A program made the translations under genes and the position numbers. DNA of 62,987 nt, counting the filler, from Reticulomyxa filosa (taxonomy: Eukaryota; Protista; Foraminifera): the NCBI GenBank assembly GCA_000512085.1. It is 24 parts of 24 records of this genome, joined end to end, with 100 filler letters (N's around TTAATTAATTAA, not from the genome) between each part and the next. Parts side by side here need not be neighbours in the genome. Positions count along the whole stretch, not along the records: positions 52,195 to 54,467 come from ASPP01009453.1; positions 54,568 to 56,086 come from ASPP01006330.1; positions 56,187 to 58,776 come from ASPP01024357.1; positions 58,877 to 60,091 come from ASPP01050321.1; positions 60,192 to 62,987 come from ASPP01003563.1; 19 more parts are not named here. One strand, written 5' to 3'. The first letter of the stretch is position 1; the number at the start of each line of letters is the position of its first letter. Below the pieces are notes generated by a model. It saw nothing but the letters and a program-made list of their open reading frames with translations. It searched no databases and was not told the DNA's origin. Below are positions 52,459 to 62,987 of this stretch, piece after piece.

Positions 52459-53786
52459 CATAAACAGAGTGAAGCCATCACGACTGGCCAACACTTCTGG
52501 CAATGACAAATATCCTGAGGGGTCGTTTAGTGAAGCGTCTTTATATATGCATATATACATATATGAGACAGGAGAGGGGATAGGGATTGAAAAGTGAGGA
52601 TAAAACAAAAGGGTAACAGGCAGGCAAGCTTGGATCATAAAAATCTGGAAGCACAGGATTGTCGTCGTGGATGTTTTGGAGCACGTCTTTGGCAGACGCG
52701 TTGTAAACCCAGACGGTGGCCAAGTAGCAAATGCCCAGGGCGCTCCAAACGACAATTTCGTCATTGATGGTGTACACATAAAAGGCTTGGAGAGTACGGC
52801 TCCAATGGACATAGCCATCGACGACGTGATAGCAAACAATGGGATTGACGGTTATCAAAATCAATGGAATCAATGACCAAAGGATTTGCAATTTCAATTC
52901 ATCTTCAAAAAAAAAAAAAAAAGTAATAAGTTATATATACATATATACATATATATGTATATATTGTGTATATGTATACATGTATACATGCATATATGTA
53001 TGTATACATGCATATATGTATATATACATATACCAGTAATATGATATGCATCAATGGCAGGAGATATCTTGGAGTAGAGAAAAAGCACAGGGACAAAGTG
53101 CATCCAAAGCATGACCGCAACCACAAAGGCCAACAATTCAAAGGACTGCTCTTGCAAGATCCATGCGAACAAAAACAGGTACGCCGTCCATAGTAAATAC
53201 ACCAATAGGTACGAGTGCGAAGGCGATCCAAATATGGTGTTGCGATTTTGAATGAACCAATTGGCTGATTTTGCATTTGGGTCCAATTGCGTTTGCCACA
53301 CCAACGACTGAAACTCCGTTTTGTAATGGAAATCAAACCACAACAAATAACATCGCCACAAACACAATAATCCTCCTCCCATCCAACATGCGATTCTTAT
53401 TAAATGCAAATACCAATATGGGCTTCGCCAATCTCTCAATTCGCTTGCATCGATTTCGTCCAATATTGGAATCATTAGGCATAACACGTTTATTACTTTT
53501 ATTGTTATTATTGTTGTTGTTTGTTGCTACCGTCAAAAAAAAAAAAATAAATATAAATACAACAAAATGTCATCCAAATACCTCCAATGTAAAACAATAG
53601 TGATATCAACATCAATGACAACACTATGTTGTGTCGTATTTTGAACGCTGGGTGACGTCGGTTTTGGTAATAGACCCAAAGGCAATACAAACAAACTGGA
53701 AGCACCACCAGGAGATGCAAAATAAGGAGTATCACCGCAAGGAGTTTATCATTATGCATGTCATGAAAATTAAAGGACATCTTCAA
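52459..53786 (-). CDS. 7TM-RGS protein, truncated at the start of the RGS domain
   Basis: About seven hydrophobic segments over four exons, spliced in frame to LSLPEVLASRDGFTLFM (first helices of an RGS domain), then a donor at 52458. Confidence 0.65.
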
Positions 53787-54594
53787 ATGATTGATGGCAA
53801 AGTGTTTTTTGTCTTCGTTTGTTTTGCTGTTTTTTTCAAAGTATTAGCTTTGTTTTGTCAGTGTTATTTTTTTTAATGATTTCTTCATTCTTTTTTCCAA
53901 ATTTTCCAAAAAAAGAGAAAATTTGTTTGATAAGACTTACGTTCTAAAATAAAAAAGTGTGTCTACAGTGCACAAAAAATTTCCTATGTCATATTAAATT
54001 GTGAACGTTAATTTATTAAAATCTATTAATTGAAACAAAGTATTTAATACATTTTTACAAATAAATATTTTATGGAAATTGTTAAAAGTTTACAAATTGT
54101 CTTAGTAGAAAAAAATTTGACAAGTCATAACTGAAGAAAAAATTAATTTCAGATTAAATCGATTGCGACTTAGTGTGTTATTATGCAATAAATTATATGA
54201 CACTTTATGTACAAAAGGCCGAAATATTTACATGTACTGTTACAACAACGTTTTTATTTTGCAAAATTTGAATCATTTTCGTCTTTCTTTCGTTTAAGTA
54301 TTTTGAAAAAAATCTTTTATATGACGTAGTTCTAATTTTTTAATGTAGAATTACATTTATGCAAAAACATATCACTTTTAAACGTAAAGCTATCATTTTA
54401 AGTGCCCACAATTGAAACATATGATCATAATATATCAAACAATATGAAAAATTCTGTTGATGAAAATNNNNNNNNNNNNNNNNNNNNNNNNNNNNNNNNN
54501 NNNNNNNNNNNTTAATTAATTAANNNNNNNNNNNNNNNNNNNNNNNNNNNNNNNNNNNNNNNNNNNNTTTTTTTTTTTAGTGTCTCTTTTTAAC

Positions 54595-55094
54595 CTGAAG
54601 GCCCCTTTCTGCTCACGACAAGGTGCAATGTGTTTCCGCTTTGCACGGCTGTTGTTTATTGTTTATTGTTTATTGCATTTTCAAGCGTTATGATTTTACA
54701 CAATTCAATAGACAGACATTGACGTAAATAAGTGAATACACACCAACTGATTAAAGATATCAGTTCTCTTCTTTTCTTTTTTTAAAAAAACTAAACAGTA
54801 TGTCTTTAGTGCTCCATTTCTGAGGACGCGTCCACGGAATATGAGTCTTTGCTTTGATATTTCATACCCTTTCGACTCTTGGATCTTTTCTTTTAAATCT
54901 TCAACTGTAGCCTTTTGGTTGTTTGATTGTTTGATTGTTTGATTGTTTGTTTGGAATTTTGATTCAAATGTTTAAGTCGTCAGGTGTGTACTGATCATAA
55001 CTTCTTGACTTATTTCTACAGAAAAATTATCTTCTTTCAAGGTTTTGATGGTGAGTTGCATCAGGTCTGACGTTGAGTCTGATGCTTGTGCCAT
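54595..55094 (-). CDS. N-terminal ubiquitin-like-domain protein (BAG6/ubiquilin-like), 3' truncated
   Basis: Exons 55094-55002, 54911-54797 and 54648-54595 give MQLTIKTLKEDNFSVEISQEATVEDLKEKIQESKGYEISKQRLIFRGRVLRNGALKTYSVQSGNTLHLVVSR; absent from the ORF track. Confidence 0.88.
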
Positions 55095-56186
55095 TTCTTT
55101 TCAGAGGATAAGATCGATCTTTCAACGCTATTTTTGTGTATAAAAATGAAATGATTCAAAATTTTTTTAAAAACCTATATTTCTTGAACTTTGTTGTTCT
55201 CTAGTAGACAGTAGAAATATCGATTCACGGGGTATTACATATGTAAGTGATACAGCTTTTCAAAAAATTGCTTAAATGTTAAATACACATCGGTGTGTTG
55301 CTTTTGTCCATACTGCTTTTCGACTTGTCGCGCAACTGAACCAACAGCGCACAAAATCTGATGCTTTCGTGATTTATTATTTAAAAAAAAAATTTGACAA
55401 TTTGCCACATCTTCATATACACTCTTAAGTGCAGACACGCCAACCACAAAAAACCACTTTATAGAAAAACGATAAAAATGCCCCAAGCAATCAAAAGTAA
55501 ACCACACTTTATTCTTTTCCAAAGTTCGCTGGTAATAAAATATGTAAAAACGTTGTACTAAGAAAAAAACAAACAAAAAAAACGAGTCGGTATTTCAAAG
55601 AAAAAAAAAGTGCATAAATTTAAAATTAAGAAAAAAATCAATTGAGCACAATAAAAAAGTAAAAAAAAAAAATGTATTGACAAAGATCATATATTTGTGC
55701 TGATTATATCATATCCCGTTCTAAACCTCACCTTTTACCCCTTTTTATTTTTTCACACAAATACGAGTAAGCTCATTCTTTCCCAACCCTCTACTTGTTT
55801 GAAAAAAAAAAAGAGAAATACCACATGAATAAGACAAGAGAAAAAAATAAGGAAATTAAAAAGACTCCAGCAAACGAATGAACAAATGATTTAAAATCAA
55901 AAAGAAAGTCCGAGGGATATCTGCACTTGTTGTTTAGATAAGGGTGATAAGTATATTTTTCAATGGTATTTATCCAATGTTATAGTGTCATTGAATAAAT
56001 GCCACTTGAAGGAAGTGGGTCTTTATAAGACAACATGTTGCCACTGGTGAAGTTTGCACTTTGCTTTTTTTTTATATTTTACTTTTNNNNNNNNNNNNNN
56101 NNNNNNNNNNNNNNNNNNNNNNNNNNNNNNTTAATTAATTAANNNNNNNNNNNNNNNNNNNNNNNNNNNNNNNNNNNNNNNNNNNN

Positions 56187-58776
56187 GAAAAACAATATAT
56201 TCTGGAAATGACCAAAAAGACAATTACTGATTTGTATCCCAAAATGCCTCAAAAGTGGAGTTTGTCCATTGCCTTTATTGTTAAAAAAATTGCAACATCA
56301 CAACAATTTGTACGTGAAAACTTGAAAGACAAGATTGTTGTGTCGCTTCGCGATGTGGCCAGATGCTTGAGTACATATTCTTGGCTCCGTCGACAATATT
56401 CTAAACTATTGTGTGCAAATTCTAATTGGAAGAAGAGATGTTTGGTCATTGCATTGGGATTGTGTTATTACTTTAGACTGAACAAAAACGAGAGAGAGAA
56501 ATATAATAAAGAGATCTCAAAAAATAAGAGTGCTCTCTTTACTCAACAATTACAAAAGGAAATAGATACATTATGTAACTGTTTTGAAATTCCATCAGGA
56601 GTGGCCAGGAACCAGGCTTTGAAAGAAAATTTGTTTGTATTGTTTCTGTGCATTATGACAACAACACCAATCATTTTAGTTGGAAAGCCAGGAACATCGA
56701 AAACACTTTCATATCAAATCATTCGAAACAATTTGTCACACTCTGGAATTAAAGATTTTGAAGCTAAATTGGAAGAAAATAAACTTCCATTAAAAGTGAA
56801 GCCCATTCATCCAATTGCCTTTCAATGCACACACGACAGCAAGCCCGAGGGAATAAAAGAGCGATGGGACCAGACCATGCGTCATTCGGAAAATTCTCAG
56901 ATTTTTCCACTATTGTTGTTAGATGAAATTGGTCTGGCAGAACATTCCAAGCACAATCCTCTCAAAGTCTTGCATCAACTTTTGGAACATCCTAAAATCT
57001 CATTCGTGGGGATTTCTAACTGGAGATTGGACGCTGCAAAAATGAATCGAGTAGTGGTCCATCAGATTCAACCCATGAACACAGTCGAGTTAATGGAAAC
57101 AGCAAAAGAAATGCTGGAGCATCACAAAAAGATTTATGAAACCAATAACCGCGTTGCATTTGGCAATCACAATCTGAGAAAAGAAATTGAAAACATTGCC
57201 CAAGTGTATGATAAAGTGATTTGTGATAAGTCGGGCGCTTTCCGACCCGGAGGGAAAAAGCACTTTTTTGGAGCACGTGATTTTTATTCGCTGATCCGCT
57301 ATCAATTAAATTCACAATCGTCGATGCAATCATTTGAAGGGTTCATGCGCAACTTTGGCGGAATCCCAGCAAGTAAGTTACAAGGGCATTTGGGGGCGAT
57401 TTTGGAGGAGGTTTTGGGTATGGAGAAGAGCGAAATTTCCAATAAAATGAGCAAATGGACCCCTTTGGAGTGTGTTCGAAAAAATTTAAGGGATACAAAG
57501 AACAATAATTCACCGTTACTTGGAGACAATTACATGATTAGTCGTCACTGCATGGTGATCAGTGATCTTGAGCACTCCTGGCAAGTGTTGCTGGACCAAG
57601 ATGTGTTGAAGTATGACAATGAGTTTTTATTTGGAGGCTGCTTCCCTGCAGATCGACTCACAACAATAACCAACTATAATCACCTGAACAAAATTATCAG
57701 CTGCATGGAAGGTGGCAAAACAGTGGTGATGTACAACTTGGAATACATACACGAAAGTTTGTATGATATGCTGAATCAAAGATACCAAAAGAAACCTTCT
57801 GGACAGACTTATTGTCGGGTGGCTTTGGGCAGCGAAAGCAGGGATTGCTATGTCAGCGAAAAGTTTAAATTGGTTGTCATTGTTACCAAGTCCGTCGCCT
57901 ACTCTCCGGAAATGCCCATTGCGTTTTTGAACCGCTTTGAAAAGCAGCTTATTTCGTACGAAAGCTCATTGCAACCAGATATTCGAGAGCGTATCCCGGT
58001 AATGCGAAACAGACTTTGCCAAGCGTTTGGAGTGAGCGATGATCAATTGAGTGATCTGTTTCCTGGGTTTTGTGATGATACCATTCCCTCGGCACTTTCT
58101 TGCATATTGGCGGACGGGAAATATGAGGAACTTAAAATAGAACAATATACGGAGCCAGAGGAAGAGGCAAAAACAGAGACAGTCGACATCCGAGACACAG
58201 AATTGAAGATGTTAGAACTATTTCGACCAATATGTCGACCGGAAAAACTCATCAAATTGGCAATCCAAAAAAAATATCCTCCCAGCAATGATCCAGCACA
58301 GCTAGAGCACTTTCCCACTCTTGTATTATTTAAAAAAAATAATATCTTTATATGATCTATACATATCACAAATACTTTGTATATAACAGAAAATGATCGT
58401 TGACGAACATCACGACAAATTTGCTGAGCAAATGCTGATGGTGTTAACACTGGACTTTGAATGTAATCTTGGCAAAGAATGGCATGCCGATTTGTTAAAA
58501 GTCGAAGACTATAACAAGGCAAGCGACTTTGAAAAAGCCGTGGAAAACATCTTTAGTGTTAAATCGGACAAAACCCGATTGATGTTGCAATTTCGCTACA
58601 AATTGCAAAACCAGACACAGTTTATCCAAGTCAAGCATATACTCCAAAAAGCCCATCACCGATATCTCAAGTCAAAGAATAAGGCATTGCAAAAGGTGGT
58701 CGTTTTCATCGTCCATATCGACAAGAATGTAGTGAATGAATCATTCCCTTTGATATTTTCAAGAAAATGGAAATAC
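56187..58776 (+). CDS. RNF213/mysterin-like dynein-type AAA+ ATPase, internal fragment
   Basis: VSLRDVARC, LKENLF..PIILVGKPGTSKTL, LLDEIGLAE..PLKVLHQLLE, GISNWRLDAAKMNR, FFGARDFYSL, ESLYDMLNQRY and FLNRFEK; intron 58323-58389. Confidence 0.88.
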
Positions 58777-60248
58777 NNNNNNNNNNNNNNNNNNNNNNNN
58801 NNNNNNNNNNNNNNNNNNNNTTAATTAATTAANNNNNNNNNNNNNNNNNNNNNNNNNNNNNNNNNNNNNNNNNNNNCCATTTAGGTATGGCGGTTTTTTT
58901 TGCAATCTACTGTATTCTTTATTAATATTTTGAAATTTTTAATAATGTAAAACTATTTCAACATAATCAATTATTTTTTGAAATAAATAAAGTGTATTTG
59001 TTGTAATTTTTATTTATGAATATAAAAACATTTCATGAAATAATGTTCAAAACTTGTTTTCAAATAAATAAAATATTTTCAATAAAACAACAATTAGACG
59101 TTGCCATTTGACATTTCCAAATATGGGTCAAGCTTTAACAAAGCTTTTCATTATCCTTGTCTTGATTTCCCAATTATATGAGTTTTAACTCTACCCCTTT
59201 TGGGAAAGAAGAAATGGCTGCAGTCTGTACTGCTGTAGAGAGATTCAAGAAAGAGAGCTAAGCTAAATTAAAACGTAAAGAAAACTGAGGATAAAAAAGA
59301 ATGTTTTATTTTATGAGTTGAGTTATTACAACTCTGGAGTCAGTTATGACTCATGTATCACTACATTGCAATATGGATATTTTAACCGTTTTAAATAATT
59401 CTGTTCCAGTTCTTCTTTTTCATGATGTATAAATTCTATTATTTCAGTAAACCAAAAGTAGCTGCAGACTTTCCGTTCTAACTTAAAAAAAAAAAAGAAA
59501 ATGTCTTTGAAAAAAAAAATTTAATAAAACAGTAAAATGATTTTGAAAAATTGATAAAGAGTTATTGTTGGATATTTCAGAAAAAAAAATATTATAATGA
59601 CTGTTTATATTTGGTGAAATTTCAAAGTATTGTTATATTGATCAAAATTGAAAACAAATCATTTTTCAAGAATAATGTTGATTAGATTAATTTGATTCGG
59701 AATTGAACTATGACTTTTTTTTTAATAAAAAGTAAAAATATTTTTAATTATGTGATGTAATATTGACGTAGATTATTTTCAGGTTCATTAAAATGTCCAA
59801 ACATAAATAACATTCTATCTTTAAAAAAAAAATGTCCAATGATATTGATGTTATTGAACCTCCAACAAAAGATATTTTATTGAAAAATGTTATTATTCTT
59901 CGAATACAATGTCAGAAGAACTAATTTGCTGTCTTGATAAACAAGCGAATAATATTGTGATTTTATTTATTTGCGAAAAAGTCAAAGTTTTTTTTGTGAA
60001 AAGATATTATTTGTTGCAATTGTTTTGAATTATTCTTTATTATTCTAATATATTTTTGATTCATCATCAAAAAAAAAAAAAAAAAAAAAAANNNNNNNNN
60101 NNNNNNNNNNNNNNNNNNNNNNNNNNNNNNNNNNNTTAATTAATTAANNNNNNNNNNNNNNNNNNNNNNNNNNNNNNNNNNNNNNNNNNNNTATATTTAT
60201 ATATTAATAATTACAATATATTACATATATAATATTCATTATCAAAAC

Positions 60249-61752
60249 TTAATAATAATAATAAACATTCCAATGTATCTTGTTGATCAAATGTTTGAAA
60301 TTTTGGAATCAATTGACCTAAAGCAGATTTTACACCACTTGGTGCAACTACGTATTCTCTTGAATTTGTATTTATTTGCCAATATCCTTCCATTAATTGT
60401 TGAAATTGTATAAACATTTTATTTGATTTTAATTTAATTGACTGTTCATTTAATGTAAGTTGTTGTAATAATGGAGTATTGATTAAACATTGCAATGATG
60501 CATTTATATAGCATGCATTTCCTAAATTTTTTAAACCTTTTGGTATTTTTTTTTCTGTTTCTTTTGTTTCTTCTGTTTGTTCTTTTTCCTTTGGTCCTTG
60601 CTTCTGTTTGGGCAAAGTTTCATATTCCTTTGTCTTTCTATTTGTTTTTATGTTTACACTCTTTCGATTAATCGTCAAAATATATATATATTTTGTAACT
60701 GTTCCAATTGCTGTGAGCGGCTTTTTTCACTTTCTAATTTCCTATTTTTTTTAAAAAAAAAAAGTACAAAGTGAATCATTCCATTAATATCTCCTTTCAT
60801 TTTCAAAACTTTTTCAATTGTTCAATTTCACTCTCTTTTCTATACAATCAAACATCACTGTCAAAGTGGATACTTCAACTTGTACTTATTTGAGTTATAC
60901 GTATTTATACATATATCCACTCCAAATTTAACTTTTTAATTCAATCTCCAACTCTTTTTTTTTCGTTTCTGATTTTATTTTTAACTGAAACACGAATTTC
61001 ATCATACCGTCCTTTTTTTTTAAAAAATTTTGTTAATGTCCTCAATTTGCAACCGGTAACTGGCTCCAAACTTCAACCAACACACACACGAACAAAAACA
61101 AAACTTGGAGCAGTTTTATTTCTTCTTGATGTCGAGTTTTCAACTCCTCTATCTTTTTTTCGTATGCAGAAAATTTGTTTTGGACAAGGTTCAAGTGATG
61201 CTTTGTCATTTCGTCGAGGTGTCTTTTTGTATTACATCGCAATATGATATCCTTGCACCCATATTGGCGAAATGGACAATCGATTGGAGACAATGGACAT
61301 GACTTTTCTAAATGCTCTTGAATGTCTTCTATTTTGCCTTTGTATTGACATCCAGGATTGGAGTCAGTCATTGTCGATTTTTCATTTAATCTTGCTTGAA
61401 GTTGTTGGTATTGCCGGGGACACTTCACTTTGAACTGGTTAATCCTTTCTTGCACAAGTTCACTTTTTACACACTTATAGTTACAGTCGATGTGAGCTTT
61501 GTTTGATGGATATTTTCCATTATTTTCTTTCATATATTTGATTAGGCATTCCTTTCCGATGATCAATACCTCACCACGTTTCCTTTGCTCACATGTCAAT
61601 CTCATCGCGTCTTTCACAACTTGTTTACATTCGAAACATATATCTATTTCTAGCAACTCCAGTTTACACCATTGTATCCAGCCTTTATCATAACACTTCA
61701 CAACTTTTGGATCCTTATTTTCGTCTAAGTTGTTCACAGCCGGTTGCAACAT
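60249..61752 (-). CDS. Degenerate RING, TRAF-type zinc finger, coiled coil and USP deubiquitinase in one gene, 3' truncated
   Basis: Exons 61752-61105, 61011-60933, 60834-60810, 60741-60700 and 60637-60249 stay in frame; Cys box GLKNLGNACYINASLQCL and QQD box present. Confidence 0.75.
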
Positions 61753-62987
61753 GTTTTTCTGTGCTTTATTGGGACGACTCTAGTTTAGCTTTTCTCTTCC
61801 TTTTTATTGTTACGATGTACCTTTTTATTTTACAGTGTTAGTTTGGTTTATGATTAACTGTTTTCTTTATACTTTTTTTTTTGTATGTAAACAAAAAAAC
61901 AAAAACTTGAATCGAATCTCACGACGTTAGAAAAACTCTCGTTAAAAAAAAAGGGATGACAATAAAAAAACGCACACTAAACGAAACGAAAAAAAAAAGA
62001 GACCAAAAAGGACAGGTTGAGTTCTGATGGTGATAATAGTTCAGAAGAATGGCGGGAACACAAAAAAAGATGTGGAGAAGATAGGCTAACGCTATGTAAT
62101 AAAAACTTTTCAATTTCTTTTTTTTTGATATATAAAAATATTATTTCAAATTTAGTTGTTTTTTCCAACATTTGTTGGGCATTTCTTTCCCATGCACTAT
62201 ATTTGTTTTTTTAATATATCTCGACAAAAATAAAAACGACTTGAAAAAAAAAACGGTGAGTGCACCCCTCCAAATGAGTTATGTTCTTATCCTTATGATA
62301 TGTGACTGGCAAATTGAACAATATAAAAATAGTTTTATTAGAATATGGCTGATTGTGTTTTAGTTCATAAGTTAAAAGCAACAATTGTGATTGACAAGCA
62401 AATGAAAGTTTAAACATTGCAAATTACATTCTTCACTACAAAAGGAAAAGGGGTGATACAACGTTATATGTTCAGTGTACCTGTTTTAAAAAACAATCTA
62501 AAAAGTTTTTTTTTGCTGTGTCGCTTCTTTTGGCGTTTGTTTAATATATTTGCTTGTTAAACGATTTTTAACAGTAAGCACAATTAAAAAAAAAGTACGT
62601 GAATAAGTATGCAGCAACAAAATGTTTTGTCAAGAACGTTTGATCTAAGCAACATAAATTTTGGAGTAGTACCGAATGACGATATAACGAACGAATTGTT
62701 CGGCATGAATTTGTCAGTGCCGTTATCAAATCTGCCATTGAGTTTGCTGAGAATGGATGAAAAGAGCTACCTGTGCAGTTTAATCCGTTGCTCCCCACTG
62801 ATCGTCCGCCTTTTTTACCAACGAAAGCGATAATACCAAATTTTCTCCGGAGTGAAACCTTTTATAACGAGCACTTGCAGTTGAGAGTGTGTAGTGTGCA
62901 AAGTCACTCTTTATTACTTGTATATATATAATATATGTACGCAAATTTTTTTTTTGTGTTTTTTAAAATAAAAAAAAAAATTCTAAC

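Noticed and set aside
52930-53035. (TA)n/(TATG)n tracts read through as Y/I/M/C-rich ORFs
   Set aside because: These are intronic microsatellites, also seen at about 22660, 28970, 46090 and 49890.
1849-60191. Regularly recurring TTAATTAATTAA as a biological repeat or CRISPR-like array
   Set aside because: It is always centred in N44 padding and is a synthetic six-frame-stop linker.
4385-61752. An immune gene cluster made of the NLR, RNF213, UBL and TRAF-USP genes
   Set aside because: The genes lie on different contigs; their proximity comes from concatenation.
1-62987. Alternative genetic code or stop-codon reassignment
   Set aside because: Conserved genes end in TAA, long ORFs have no internal stops, and in-frame stops occur only alongside frameshifts in decayed copies.

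Overview
This window is not one locus. It is 24 short contigs joined by 23 artificial 100-bp linkers (N44-TTAATTAATTAA-N44), so adjacency across a linker means nothing. The DNA is AT-rich, intron-rich and eukaryotic, and uses the standard genetic code. The mix of families (expanded WD40, degenerate RING/TRAF zinc finger, NACHT-HEAT, 7TM, many pseudogenes) suggests a foraminiferan such as Reticulomyxa filosa; that is an inference. Recognisable genes, mostly partial and modelled by hand across introns: NACHT-HEAT NLR-like protein, tubby, amidohydrolase_2, fused E1 alpha/beta 2-oxoacid dehydrogenase, NAA25, C2H2 zinc finger, tandem cold-shock-domain protein, SLC35F-like transporter, H-protein-like protein, ABCG transporter, CRIB-RhoGAP, taxilin, ARL8, RAP-domain protein, 7TM-RGS, a ubiquitin-like-domain protein and an RNF213-like AAA+ ATPase. 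Main signals missed by the ORF track: (1) a pseudo-RING/TRAF-zinc-finger gene that splices in frame through three micro-exons into a USP deubiquitinase domain; (2) a class II tRNA-like gene with a Leu-like body, an Ile (AAT) anticodon and inverted tertiary pairs; (3) very degenerate 5' splice sites with A-rich 3' splice sites; (4) a ~222-bp TG..CA element family with 4-bp target-site duplications; (5) a ~210-bp intergenic foldback hairpin.
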